Part shown: piece by piece, positions 16,974-26,123 of the stretch
Layout: every line of letters starts with the position of its first letter
How positions within the stretch are numbered: the stretch's first letter is position 1
Origin: an uncultured bacterium
GTDB taxonomy: Bacteria > Chlamydiota > Chlamydiia > Chlamydiales > SM23-39
NCBI GenBank assembly: GCA_964594545.1
Contig: CAZQNB010000004.1
Span: 6,511 to 67,822 of the forward strand
Length of the DNA stretch: 61,312 nt
Reading direction: 5' to 3'
Translations under genes and position numbers: made by a program
The notes under the pieces: model-generated
The model's database searches: none
What the model was told of the DNA's origin: nothing
The model's input: only the letters and a program-made list of their open reading frames with translations

Positions 16974-18785
16974 ATGTCCCGTATCTTATCGAAAGAACTG
17001 ATCAACCATGTTGAAAAGAACGTTCTGGTGCGGGGCTGGTTAAATAATCTGAGATCGTTTGGCAAACTCACCTTTTTGCTCCTCCGGGATAGAACAGGTC
17101 TTTGCCAAATCGTCATAGAAAACAAAGAAGAACTGCAAAAAATTTCTTCTCTTCAACCCGGTTCTATCCTCAGTGTTCGAGGAAAAGCGGTAGCGTCTCA
17201 ATCCGGATCTTTGAAAGTAGAGATTGTAGAGCCCACCATCACGGTTGAAAATCCGATCCGTGAAGTACCTCCTCTTGAGTATTACAAACCGGAAATCCAT
17301 ACGGATCTCGAATTTGTGCTCGACCATAGACCCATTGCGCTTCGCAATCGGGAACTGCAAGCGGTATTCAAAATACAAGCAGAGATTGCTCACGCCTATC
17401 GCCTGTTCATGCACGACGTTATCCATGCATATGAATATTTCGCACCGAACATCCTTGGGGCGTCCTCTGAAGGGGGCTCTGAATTTTTTAATGTGGACTA
17501 TTTTGGGTATCCAGCAACGCTTGCTCAAAGCAGCCAGCTCTATAAACAAATCATGGTTGGCGTAAACGAAAGAGTGTTTGCCCTCATGCCCTTTTTCCGC
17601 GCAGAACCATCGCAAACTTCGCGCCATCTCTCCGAAGGAAAACAATTTGAATTTGAGATGGGGTTTTTTAACGATTGGCATGAGATTCTTGACATTCAAG
17701 AAGCGTGCATAAAATCGATCTTATCTCACCTCCACACCCATGCTAAAACTGAAATTGAAATTCTCGGGAATACAATCATCAAAGCGCCGGAAAATATCCC
17801 CTTCCCTCGCCTCACCTTTGCGCAGGCGCAAGAGCTCTACTATAAGAGAACAGGTATTGATGAAAGAGACGAGCCCGACCTAAGCCCTGCCGCAGAAAGA
17901 GAACTTTGCGCGTGGGCGCTTACAGAAAAAGGGACCGAACTTGTTTTTGTTACAGATTGGAAGACAGAAAAACGGCCCTTTTACGCCTATCCCACACCGG
18001 AAAACCCAAAACTTACCAATACATTCGATCTTCTTTGCGCCGGCACAGAAATTACTTCAGGCGGTCAAAGAAGACACACCTACGAATCGATGATCGAAGG
18101 GATCAAATCCAAAGGGATGGATCCGGCCAATTTCACCGATTATTTGAGCATTTTTAAATATGGGATGCCGGCCCACGGTGGATTTGGAATGGGGCTTGAA
18201 AGGCTCACCATGACGCTTCTCAAACTCAAAAATATCCGCGAAGCATCGCTCTTTCCTTCCGATCCCAAACGCATTGCAGGCAATAAAATTAAGGCGCACA
18301 TCTTTTTTGGCGCGGAAAACATTCGGAATGAAATCATCCGCCTTTGCCACAAAAACACCCTCCCCATCAAACACCAAAAGCACGAAGAGACCCCGACATC
18401 ACAAGCCTCTGCCGAGATTCGGAACACCAAGATGGAAGAGGGCATTAAAGCGCTCATCCTCCGCGGCAAAGGCTCGAAAAAGAACTACCAATTCAACATC
18501 CCGGCCCATCTTAAACTCGATGTGAAAGCCGCATCTGAAATTGTGGGCGAAAAATGTGAGTTTGAAGACCCCGCTGTCATCTTGGAAAGATTCGGCCTCA
18601 AAGTAGGCGGCGTTCCTCCATTTGGGAATCTTCTAAACATCGATAACTATTTTGATGAAGCCATTAAATCTGAGGCCAGAGCCGCATTTAACTGCGGTTT
18701 TTCGACAGAATCGATCATCATGGCGTCTAAAGACCTATTTTCGATCGCCGATCCAAAATGGGGCCATTTCTCAAAGACCCCTTAA
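16974..18785 (+). CDS. aspS: archaeal/eukaryal-type (class IIb) aspartyl-tRNA synthetase fused to a C-terminal YbaK/ProX-like aminoacyl-tRNA deacylase domain
   Basis: OB fold (VLVRGWLNNLRSFGKLTFLLLRDRTG), AQSSQLYKQ, FRAEPSQTSRHLSE, SGGQRRH, GFGMGLERL. After about residue 440: IKALIL...LKVGGVPPFG...AFNCG, which matches the YbaK family pattern (Lys plus GG(V/I)xPxG). Confidence 0.85.
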   Translation: MSRILSKELINHVEKNVLVRGWLNNLRSFGKLTFLLLRDRTGLCQIVIENKEELQKISSLQPGSILSVRGKAVASQSGSLKVEIVEPTITVENPIREVPPLEYYKPEIHTDLEFVLDHRPIALRNRELQAVFKIQAEIAHAYRLFMHDVIHAYEYFAPNILGASSEGGSEFFNVDYFGYPATLAQSSQLYKQIMVGVNERVFALMPFFRAEPSQTSRHLSEGKQFEFEMGFFNDWHEILDIQEACIKSILSHLHTHAKTEIEILGNTIIKAPENIPFPRLTFAQAQELYYKRTGIDERDEPDLSPAAERELCAWALTEKGTELVFVTDWKTEKRPFYAYPTPENPKLTNTFDLLCAGTEITSGGQRRHTYESMIEGIKSKGMDPANFTDYLSIFKYGMPAHGGFGMGLERLTMTLLKLKNIREASLFPSDPKRIAGNKIKAHIFFGAENIRNEIIRLCHKNTLPIKHQKHEETPTSQASAEIRNTKMEEGIKALILRGKGSKKNYQFNIPAHLKLDVKAASEIVGEKCEFEDPAVILERFGLKVGGVPPFGNLLNIDNYFDEAIKSEARAAFNCGFSTESIIMASKDLFSIADPKWGHFSKTP

Positions 18786-18825
18786 AATCAGTATTTTAAG
18801 AAAATCAAGTTATGCAACTCCCTCT

Positions 18826-18908
18826 CCAGAATACCCACAAAAACTAGGAATTCTGGATAAAAAGAAGCGATTACTATCCAGAATAACGACAAGAAATGGG
18901 TATTCTGG
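18826..18908. promoter_or_regulatory. two inverted-repeat pairs upstream of abiEi (candidate operator)
   Basis: CCAGAATA (18826-33) / AATTCTGG (18849-56) and CCAGAATA (18878-85) / TATTCTGG (18901-08). The pairs are spaced 52 nt apart and end 12 nt before the abiEi ATG. Confidence 0.5.
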
Positions 18909-18920
18909 TAGGATAAAGAT

Positions 18921-19562
18921 ATGAAAACAAAAAATATCTTTACCTCGATAGAGACCCCCTATATAGATGCGCAAAGTCTTTTGGTATTATTTCAAACATA
19001 CCAAAAACCTCGTGAAAAAATCCGACGCATGGTCAACAACGGTGAGCTCATTCGATTAAGAAATGGGTTTTACCTAATAGCCGAAAAGATCCAACACGGC
19101 ACTGAAAAGATTATTCCCTATGAACAGGTGGCCAATCTTCTCTACGGCCCCTCTTATGTAAGTCTTGAATGGGCGTTATCATTTTATGGCATGATCCCGG
19201 AGAGAGTCTTCACAGTCACCTCAATGACTCTCGGCAGGCAAAAAGAATTCCATACCCCTGTCGGAGATTTTACCTACTTTCCATTAAGCGCCTCTTGCTA
19301 CCCAATTGGTGTGGAACAAAAAAAATCGACAAGTTCGCTCGGCAATTTTTTAATGGCTAGCAGGGAAAAAGCATTAGCTGACTTAATCCATATTACTTGC
19401 AAAGGTTTAAGCCTAGAAGAGCTTAAAGTAGAATTGATTGAATCGAAGAGGTTGAATATGGAGATCGTACGAGAATTGGACAAAAATCTTCTTAGTGAAA
19501 TTGCAAAAAATTACAGATCGAGATCGGTGAGAAATTTGATCCATTTGATAGGTGTATTATGA
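18921..19562 (+). CDS. abiEi: type IV toxin-antitoxin / abortive infection AbiEi-family antitoxin (transcriptional regulator)
   Basis: The N-terminal IRRMVNNGELIRLRNGFYL pattern is typical of AbiEi. 4-nt overlap (ATGA) with the downstream AbiEii gene. Confidence 0.7.
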   Translation: MKTKNIFTSIETPYIDAQSLLVLFQTYQKPREKIRRMVNNGELIRLRNGFYLIAEKIQHGTEKIIPYEQVANLLYGPSYVSLEWALSFYGMIPERVFTVTSMTLGRQKEFHTPVGDFTYFPLSASCYPIGVEQKKSTSSLGNFLMASREKALADLIHITCKGLSLEELKVELIESKRLNMEIVRELDKNLLSEIAKNYRSRSVRNLIHLIGVL

Positions 19563-20443
19563 GTTCAGAAATAAAAAAGATGTGGAAAGGATTCCCCGAT
19601 ACAATGCCCCAAGCGGATAAAATCCGTGAAATTTTACAACAAACAGCCCTATTGGGACTCTCTCGGCACCGTTTTTTTGAGCATGCCATTTTTTATGGAG
19701 GGACGGCGCTCAGAATCTTATATGGCCTCGATCGATATAGTGAAGATCTTGATTTTTCTTTGCTCAAGCCAAGCGGGCAATTCGATTTTCATCCCTTTCT
19801 TGAAGGGATGCGACTTGAACTTGAGGCCATGGGTTTTAAGCTCAATTATACCAAAAGGGAAAAAAATCAAGAGTCAGGTATTTGGTCTGCCTTCTTAAAA
19901 GCGAATACATTAGAGCTCCTTCTTTCTATTGAAGAAGCTTCGATTACGCGAGGGATCCATCCGGAGCAAAAGATTCAAATCAAGTTGGAAATTGATATAG
20001 ATCCTCCTATATTTGATATGCCCATTGAAACGAAATTGGTCAAAAATCCGGTTCCTTTCTACATCACAACCATGCGCATCATCGATTTGTTTGCCGGTAA
20101 AATGCATGCCGTTCTTTGCAGAGCTTGGCGCAATCGAGTAAAAGGGCGCGATTGGTACGATCTTATTTGGTACATTCAAAGTGGGATTCCGGTCAATCTA
20201 GCGTACTTGCGAGCCAAAATGATACAAACGGGCCATTTGGTTGAAGGGGCCTCATTCAGAGAAAAAGAACTTCATCAGAAATTGGAAGAGAGAATTGATC
20301 AGATCAATTGGGACTTAGCAAAAGCAGACGTATACCCCTTTATCCAAGACAAGCGGGCATTGGATCTTTGGTCAAAAAACTTCTTCCTCGATCTAATCAA
20401 GCACTTGCGTTGGGTGGATGTACCGAAGATACTTCAAGAATAG
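19559..20443 (+). CDS. abiEii: AbiEii/AbiGii-family nucleotidyltransferase toxin
   Basis: FYGGTALRILYGLDRYSEDLDFSL is the DUF1814/AbiEii NTase signature. 294 aa. Confidence 0.8.
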   Translation: MSSEIKKMWKGFPDTMPQADKIREILQQTALLGLSRHRFFEHAIFYGGTALRILYGLDRYSEDLDFSLLKPSGQFDFHPFLEGMRLELEAMGFKLNYTKREKNQESGIWSAFLKANTLELLLSIEEASITRGIHPEQKIQIKLEIDIDPPIFDMPIETKLVKNPVPFYITTMRIIDLFAGKMHAVLCRAWRNRVKGRDWYDLIWYIQSGIPVNLAYLRAKMIQTGHLVEGASFREKELHQKLEERIDQINWDLAKADVYPFIQDKRALDLWSKNFFLDLIKHLRWVDVPKILQE

Positions 20444-20478
20444 AATTGACTGTCAAAACCAACTTAATATCAGTGTTT

Positions 20479-20514
20479 TACGATAATCAATCGATGAATC
20501 GATTGATTATCGTA
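20479..20514. terminator. 36-bp near-perfect palindrome between convergent genes
   Basis: TACGATAATCAATCGAT-GA-ATCGATTGATTATCGTA followed by GTTTTT. Lies between the abiEii stop and the stop of 20519..20956. Confidence 0.55.
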
Positions 20515-20518
20515 GTTT

Positions 20519-20956
20519 TTAATCGATTGATCGATCGATAGTCTCTTTCATCTCAGGAAGTTCACCGGCAATAATCGTTTCCTCTTCATCTTTCACAAAA
20601 TGAATTTTGGAAATGAGATCGGTCGAAATCTCCTCGGTAAGTTTGTGAAGTATGCTCGCGTATTTATTGTACTCCGGCCACAAAACTAAATCCATAAACG
20701 GTTTAGAAACACGAACCATTGCTGTCGTATATTTTTGCCGCGCATAGCGATATGTATGAAGTCCATGTTTAGAGCAAATAGCGACAAAAAGCCTTTTCTC
20801 CCAGCGGCTATGCAATCTAACTGTGTACTCAAGCGGCTGCGCAATGATTTTTTCCTGGAGACGTTGCTTGGCAAACTCGGCAGACTGCCGCTCCCCATCA
20901 CTCTTGGCTCCCGCAATCAGGGCCTCAATTTTACGAATTTTCTCCGCAATATCCAT
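20519..20956 (-). CDS. hypothetical protein, DUF2786-like N-terminus
   Basis: AEKIRKIEALIAGAKSDGERQSAEFAKQRLQEKI resembles the DUF2786 helix seen in plasmid and phage proteins. Weak call. Confidence 0.4.
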   Translation of the reverse strand: MDIAEKIRKIEALIAGAKSDGERQSAEFAKQRLQEKIIAQPLEYTVRLHSRWEKRLFVAICSKHGLHTYRYARQKYTTAMVRVSKPFMDLVLWPEYNKYASILHKLTEEISTDLISKIHFVKDEEETIIAGELPEMKETIDRSID

Positions 20957-20970
20957 ACAAAATCCGAGAG

Positions 20971-21396
20971 TTAATGAATGATCATAGCTTTGTAAATATC
21001 TGTAATCACCTTGGCTATCAGGTCATACGCAGCTTTTGACTCCGGAGTATTTGTTGTGAATTTTCCATCTACACAAATCCCATCTTTAAAACAGGCTCGA
21101 AGCTCGGGAGAATTGACCAATTTATCTGCGACTTCTCGGCCCGCTAATTCGCAGATCTCCGTAAGTCGAGACTTTATCTTTTCTTGCCATCGATTACCTG
21201 CTTGATCAAGCTCTTTGATTGTACTGTATACGGCAAATGCAAAAATCGCAAAAAGACCCACCTGAGCCACTCTTTTCGCTACAAAAACAGCTCGGGGATG
21301 ATTCTGTACCCAATCGGCTCCGGCTTCGTGTGCATTGTTGGAGAAAGCTGCCACACTCGACCCAATTTCCTGAAGCCCTAAATCTATCGAATTCAT
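20971..21396 (-). CDS. hypothetical membrane protein
   Basis: 141-aa ORF with one TM segment (VAQVGLFAIFAFAVYST). No family recognised. Confidence 0.4.
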   Translation of the reverse strand: MNSIDLGLQEIGSSVAAFSNNAHEAGADWVQNHPRAVFVAKRVAQVGLFAIFAFAVYSTIKELDQAGNRWQEKIKSRLTEICELAGREVADKLVNSPELRACFKDGICVDGKFTTNTPESKAAYDLIAKVITDIYKAMIIH

Positions 21397-21565
21397 AAGA
21401 ATGTCCCTCTTAGTTAAATGACACCGGAAAAGTCTATACGATTTTTGCCATATTGAAAATGCAAATTAATATTTGAAATAATCCGAACAAAAAACAATAC
21501 AGTTTATTTTAATATGTTTTAAAAAGTGAGTATTAATTATAATATATGTAAACAAAGGAACTACA

Positions 21566-22072
21566 ATGATCAACTTAAATTATCTTTTACGTTCAGCGCC
21601 AATTCAAACTACTGTTAAGAGAGCGCTATTAGCCAAAACCAAAACATCTGCTCTTGTCAAAACAATTCTTTATGGACAAAATTGGGCTGCGCAACCTCCA
21701 CGGATCCCTTTGTCTCAGCGATTTGAAGGGGCAAAGCAAGGCATCAATACAATTCTTTACGGACAAAACGGGGCTGCACAAAAGCAGGTTCCTGCATCCA
21801 AATCAGAATCAGCCTACGAAATGGCTGTGAGATTCTCTTACGATACGAACAGCTCTAGACTCGAAAAAATCCTCCCGCAGCTTACAGAAGAGCAGAGATT
21901 TGATTTCGCAAAAGAAGCAGTCAAAAAAACAAGTGGAATTACGGACTGCTGCAGTTTCGTAAGATACAAATTAGACAAATACAACCTTAGCGAAGAAAAC
22001 CGTCGAACTCTTCTTCAAGAGCTCGACAGCAAAAGCCGAGGGAACGCCTCAATAGTAGCTAAACAACACTAA
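21566..22072 (+). CDS. hypothetical protein with internal repeat
   Basis: 168-aa ORF with GGAAC 6 nt upstream of the ATG. TILYGQNWAAQ and TILYGQNGAAQ are repeated 29 codons apart. Confidence 0.4.
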   Translation: MINLNYLLRSAPIQTTVKRALLAKTKTSALVKTILYGQNWAAQPPRIPLSQRFEGAKQGINTILYGQNGAAQKQVPASKSESAYEMAVRFSYDTNSSRLEKILPQLTEEQRFDFAKEAVKKTSGITDCCSFVRYKLDKYNLSEENRRTLLQELDSKSRGNASIVAKQH

Positions 22073-24861
22073 CCTAGCTCAGGCTCCAGCCCTTTCCCCT
22101 TCGAAGGAATCGGGGGCAAGGGCGGCGGGGTAATCATTTGTAAATCATCAGCAGCTTTTACTCTGCCCCGCTTTACTCCTGCATCCCAAGTTCCGGCCAT
22201 AATCTCTTTGACATCTATCGCATCTAAAGTTTCAAACTCCATCAACATGTCTGTCATGAGCCTTACTTGCGCTTCATGTGTCTTTAAAATGTCAATTGCG
22301 CCTTTGTGTGCTTCATCGATCAACAATTTAACTTCTGCATCGATCTTCTTCGCTGTTTCGTCTGAGTAGGCTTTTTCACGGTAACTGGACATGCCTAAGT
22401 ATTGACCGGATTCACTTTTCTCATCATATGTGACAAGCCCTAAATTATCGCTCATCCCCCATTCGCACACCATACTGCGAGCAATCTTCGTCGCCTGCAA
22501 GATATCGTGTTGGGCCCCGGACGACATATCGCCCACAAAAAGCTCTTCCGCAGCTCTTCCTCCCATCAAGACAATCAGCTGGTCTAACACCTCTTTCTTC
22601 CAGTAGCTTAAGCGATTTTTCTTCGGCATAAAGTGGGTTGCGCCCAAAGAAAATCCGCGAGGAATAATCGTCACTTTGTCTACAGGATCACTATTTTTCA
22701 CAAGCAGGGCGGTGATCGCATGGCCTGTTTCATGGAAAGCTGTTGTTTTCTTTTCCCCTTCATCCATTTCAAGGCTGCGTCTTTCTTTACCAAAGCGAAC
22801 TTTATCACACGACTCTTTCACTTCACTCTGCGTAACAGCTGACCTTCCTTTACGCGCAGCAAGTAGTGCCGCTTCATTGAGGACGTTTTCCAAATCAGCC
22901 CCTGACGCGCCGGGAGTATTTCGAGCGATATCTTGTAGATTTACAGAAGGGTCAATTTTGATTTTTCGGGCGTGTACTTTTAGAATTTCAAAACGTCCCT
23001 TCACATCCGGGAGCTCCAAAACCACTCTACGATCAAATCTGCCCGGACGAAGGAGCGCTTTATCAAGAACATCAGGACGGTTTGTCGCCGCCATCAAGAT
23101 AACCCCTTCTTTCGTATCAAACCCATCCATCTCGACCAAGAGCTGATTTAACGTCTGCTCTCTTTCATCATGGCCGCCGCCAATGCCTGCGCCTCTATGG
23201 CGCCCTACCGCATCGATCTCATCCATAAAGATGATGCAAGGGGCGTTTTTCTTGGCCTGGTCAAACATGTCCCGGATACGGCTTGCGCCCACACCCACAA
23301 ACATCTCAACGAAATCTGATCCTGAAATAGAAAAGAAGGGACGGTCCGCTTCACCGGCAACCGCTTTGGCAATCAACGTCTTTCCGGTTCCCGGAGAACC
23401 CACAAGCAACACCCCTTTAGGAATGCGCGCGCCCAAAGCCGTAAATTTCTGAGGGTCTTTCAAAAACTCAACAATCTCTTTTAACTCTTCTTTTGCTTCA
23501 TCCGCGCCGGCCACATCTCTGAACGTAATTTTATTTGTCTCTTTTGTCATCAGCCTTGCAGGAGACTTCCCAAAATTCATTGCAGAAGAACCCACACCCC
23601 CCTTCATCTGTCTAGAAAAGACGAACCATAAAAAGAGGATCACCATCACGACAGGGAGCAGGGTCAAAAAATAGCTCAAATAATTAGGAGCCGGTTCTTG
23701 GCTTTTAAAGGTTTTTTCTAAAACTGTATTTCTCGGCTGATCCGGCGCCCGATAGGCAAGCCCTTTATTCGCCTCAAAATTATCCCACTCTTGTTTTGCC
23801 TGAGCAAACCAATAGGTAAATGCGTCAGAATCTTGTTTTTCCAAGCTCTTCGTAGAGAGTTCTTGGTTGTTGAAATACCAAATGACAGAAGCAACTTTTT
23901 GACGCGCCTTATCTAAAAGGACAACATTGGTTTCCAATTCTTGAGAAATTTTGGAAAATTGCTGCAATTCATCAACATAACTTCTCACGCTACGCAAGCT
24001 GCCCAAACGGACGCCATCGCGCTCAATACCTAAATCCCGAATGATGACCGCCACTTGATCGAGAGCTGATCGGTACACTGCAATCTGTTTCTCTAGGGAT
24101 CCGTTCGCAGCCGAAACAACTTGCTGATCTAACGCTTTTAATTCCTGCTTCAAACTCTCTGTTCCAATCCCTAAAACAGGAGAGCGCATCTGCGCAATCA
24201 AATCCCGCAGTTCTTTATAGGCAACATCTACCGAATCAATCGTCGGCATCTGCTGGGCGTTCTGGAGCGTTTTCTGAACCGACGGGAGAGTCACCATTTC
24301 AATAGAAGGAACTTGCTTAATCACGATCGATCCATTGCGGTCGGTCGTATCGTATTGCGTCCCTACAACAACAAAGCCAGAGCGAGAAATCGCCTGACCG
24401 CTAAGCCCTAAATAAAGCTCGGAAGCGTCCTTAACGCTCTTGGCAAGAGAGTCTAATTGAGAAGAAAGACGGGTAGACTCTTCATTTAACTCATGGTTTT
24501 GATTCAAAAGCTCAAGGTATCGATACCGAACCTTGCTTTCATCAGACAGACTATCGCGAAATTTTCCGCCAAAAGTGACTAAATTCTCATTTTGAGCGAT
24601 CTTGTGATTTGCTTCAGGAATTGTCAAATTCAAATTCGTAAGATGCTCAACTTGATGGCTAAAGGAAACGCGCCCTTCCCGATCCGCTGTCAACGACTGA
24701 ACCCCGAAAATCAAAATAACAGCAGCGAGCACTAAAAGAAAAAAACCACCGGGGAATCCCTTTTTCTGTTCTGTTTTCATCGTCCTCAACCACCTTGTTT
24801 TATCGCTTTTAAACTGATTTTTCGCGCCATTGATTAAAGCATCTTTCCTCCTTAATAGCAA
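22069..24861 (-). CDS. ftsH: ATP-dependent zinc metalloprotease FtsH with long extracytoplasmic insert
   Basis: Walker [14 protein letters not shown], Walker [15 protein letters not shown] zinc site. About 340 aa lie between TM1 and TM2. Start uncertain (TTG 24861 or ATG 24780). Confidence 0.95.
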   Translation of the reverse strand: MLLRRKDALINGAKNQFKSDKTRWLRTMKTEQKKGFPGGFFLLVLAAVILIFGVQSLTADREGRVSFSHQVEHLTNLNLTIPEANHKIAQNENLVTFGGKFRDSLSDESKVRYRYLELLNQNHELNEESTRLSSQLDSLAKSVKDASELYLGLSGQAISRSGFVVVGTQYDTTDRNGSIVIKQVPSIEMVTLPSVQKTLQNAQQMPTIDSVDVAYKELRDLIAQMRSPVLGIGTESLKQELKALDQQVVSAANGSLEKQIAVYRSALDQVAVIIRDLGIERDGVRLGSLRSVRSYVDELQQFSKISQELETNVVLLDKARQKVASVIWYFNNQELSTKSLEKQDSDAFTYWFAQAKQEWDNFEANKGLAYRAPDQPRNTVLEKTFKSQEPAPNYLSYFLTLLPVVMVILFLWFVFSRQMKGGVGSSAMNFGKSPARLMTKETNKITFRDVAGADEAKEELKEIVEFLKDPQKFTALGARIPKGVLLVGSPGTGKTLIAKAVAGEADRPFFSISGSDFVEMFVGVGASRIRDMFDQAKKNAPCIIFMDEIDAVGRHRGAGIGGGHDEREQTLNQLLVEMDGFDTKEGVILMAATNRPDVLDKALLRPGRFDRRVVLELPDVKGRFEILKVHARKIKIDPSVNLQDIARNTPGASGADLENVLNEAALLAARKGRSAVTQSEVKESCDKVRFGKERRSLEMDEGEKKTTAFHETGHAITALLVKNSDPVDKVTIIPRGFSLGATHFMPKKNRLSYWKKEVLDQLIVLMGGRAAEELFVGDMSSGAQHDILQATKIARSMVCEWGMSDNLGLVTYDEKSESGQYLGMSSYREKAYSDETAKKIDAEVKLLIDEAHKGAIDILKTHEAQVRLMTDMLMEFETLDAIDVKEIMAGTWDAGVKRGRVKAADDLQMITPPPLPPIPSKGKGLEPELG

Positions 24862-24939
24862 GAGCCATGGGAAGAAGAGATACCCCTAGAAAATTTCTAA
24901 TAACAAAAAGGGATTAAATTGTCTGTTCTTCTTAATTTT

Positions 24940-26079
24940 TTATTTGTAAATACATGACAGGCAAGTATTTAAATTAGTAAAAGTCCTATTTTCGTCGGAA
25001 AGGAGAAAAATAACCCATCCCCGGCCACTCACAATCCATCTCGATTGAAAAAACAGCTTTCTCCTCTCTCCCAAGTCATCGATCCAATCTAAAATCGGCT
25101 CCAAAACAGTTCTTGTGAGGACAAGGTCGCGCTCGCGCGCAACCTTTTGGAGTAAGTGCCTTCGCTCTAAGCGCTCAAACCCCTCACAACAAATAGCAAA
25201 ACCCCAACTGCCCTCTACAACCTTAAAACCTGCTGTTTTTCGATCCAAATAGCGATTTAGCTCGTAGGATCTTTCCGAAAGCAGACAAAGATTGTCCCTC
25301 ACACTTTTCCCAAAACTATCACACAAAAAGGGAATCGTTTCCCCCCTGAGTCGGGCTCTTAAATACGTTGGATCAGAGTTGGTCGAGTCAAAAAATGGTT
25401 TTAGTTGCCGCTCCTCTAAAAATGAGAGGAGTTCTTGTTTTTTCATTTTTAAAAGCGGGCGCCAAACGGGCATTGAGCCTATACCGCAACAACTTGAAGA
25501 ATCGGTTTTGGCTTTCGTCGGCTTCACCTCAAAATTCTGATTCTCGCTCGCGCCTTGCCTACCGGCAATGGTCGCTTGCTCCGAATCAAAATTTTGAGGA
25601 GCCTCCTTGCCAAAATCCCGGTTCTTCAAGTTATTTCGGTATAAAACGGAAGAGCCTTCCATTCCGCCTAAGTGAGAAAGGGGGGCTCCTTCAAAGAGTC
25701 TTTTCAATGCAGTCTCTGCCAAGTCATCTGCATGATGGCCCAAAACAAGCGCTTGGAAAGGAACTTTTTCAAAGAGAGAAAGAAAGAAATGGAGCCTTGC
25801 CTCTCGAGCCATCTCCTCTTTATTCTTCTTAAAAGAAATATTTAATCGCGTTGTATAAAAGGGAAGCTTGAGATCGAAGATCTCTTCACGGATTTGCTCT
25901 GCCTCTGCCCTACTTTCCTCTCTCCATCCATGATCTATATGGGCTACATGTAAATGAGGGCCCACGGATTCAAAAAGCGCGTATAAAAGAGCTTTTGAGT
26001 CGGGTCCCCCGGAATATCCAAGGAGCAGAGGACTCTTCCCGTCCCAATAGTTTTTTAGAAACTCTTTTACTCTTTTCAT
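24940..26079 (-). CDS. tilS: tRNA(Ile)-lysidine synthase, carrying an in-frame palindromic insert
   Basis: PP-loop LLGYSGGPDSKAL, HIDHGWR and GHHADDLAET. ATG 26079 (MKRVKEF) is preferred over TTG 26106. Confidence 0.85.
   Translation of the reverse strand: MKRVKEFLKNYWDGKSPLLLGYSGGPDSKALLYALFESVGPHLHVAHIDHGWREESRAEAEQIREEIFDLKLPFYTTRLNISFKKNKEEMAREARLHFFLSLFEKVPFQALVLGHHADDLAETALKRLFEGAPLSHLGGMEGSSVLYRNNLKNRDFGKEAPQNFDSEQATIAGRQGASENQNFEVKPTKAKTDSSSCCGIGSMPVWRPLLKMKKQELLSFLEERQLKPFFDSTNSDPTYLRARLRGETIPFLCDSFGKSVRDNLCLLSERSYELNRYLDRKTAGFKVVEGSWGFAICCEGFERLERRHLLQKVARERDLVLTRTVLEPILDWIDDLGERRKLFFQSRWIVSGRGWVIFLLSDENRTFTNLNTCLSCIYK
25480..25643. repeat. palindromic element (TATACCG...CGGTATA family) inserted in-frame in tilS
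   Basis: Termini TATACCGCAACAACTTGAAGAATCGG / CCGGTTCTTCAAGTTATTTCGGTATA. Inner arms 25527-25543 vs 25583-25599. The termini match the 41594 and 13009 elements. Both strands are open through it. Confidence 0.8.
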
Positions 26080-26123
26080 GTGGTGAATTATAACTGTAGT
26101 ACGCAATCTGGGTCAAACAAACT

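Noticed and set aside
17040-18525. ORFs 17040..17699(-), 17245..17565(+), 17906..18157(+), 18057..18469(-) and 18274..18525(+)
   Set aside because: All overlap the continuous AspRS-YbaK reading frame. Their Arg/Ser/Lys-rich products look like out-of-frame translations.
22633-23452. Plus-strand ORFs within ftsH
   Set aside because: They are antisense to the AAA+/protease core of FtsH and are not credible independent genes.
25368-25832. 154-aa plus-strand ORF antisense to tilS
   Set aside because: Its openness is explained by the palindromic insert, which yields the same YRNNLKNR peptide on both strands. The flanking parts are antisense to conserved TilS sequence.
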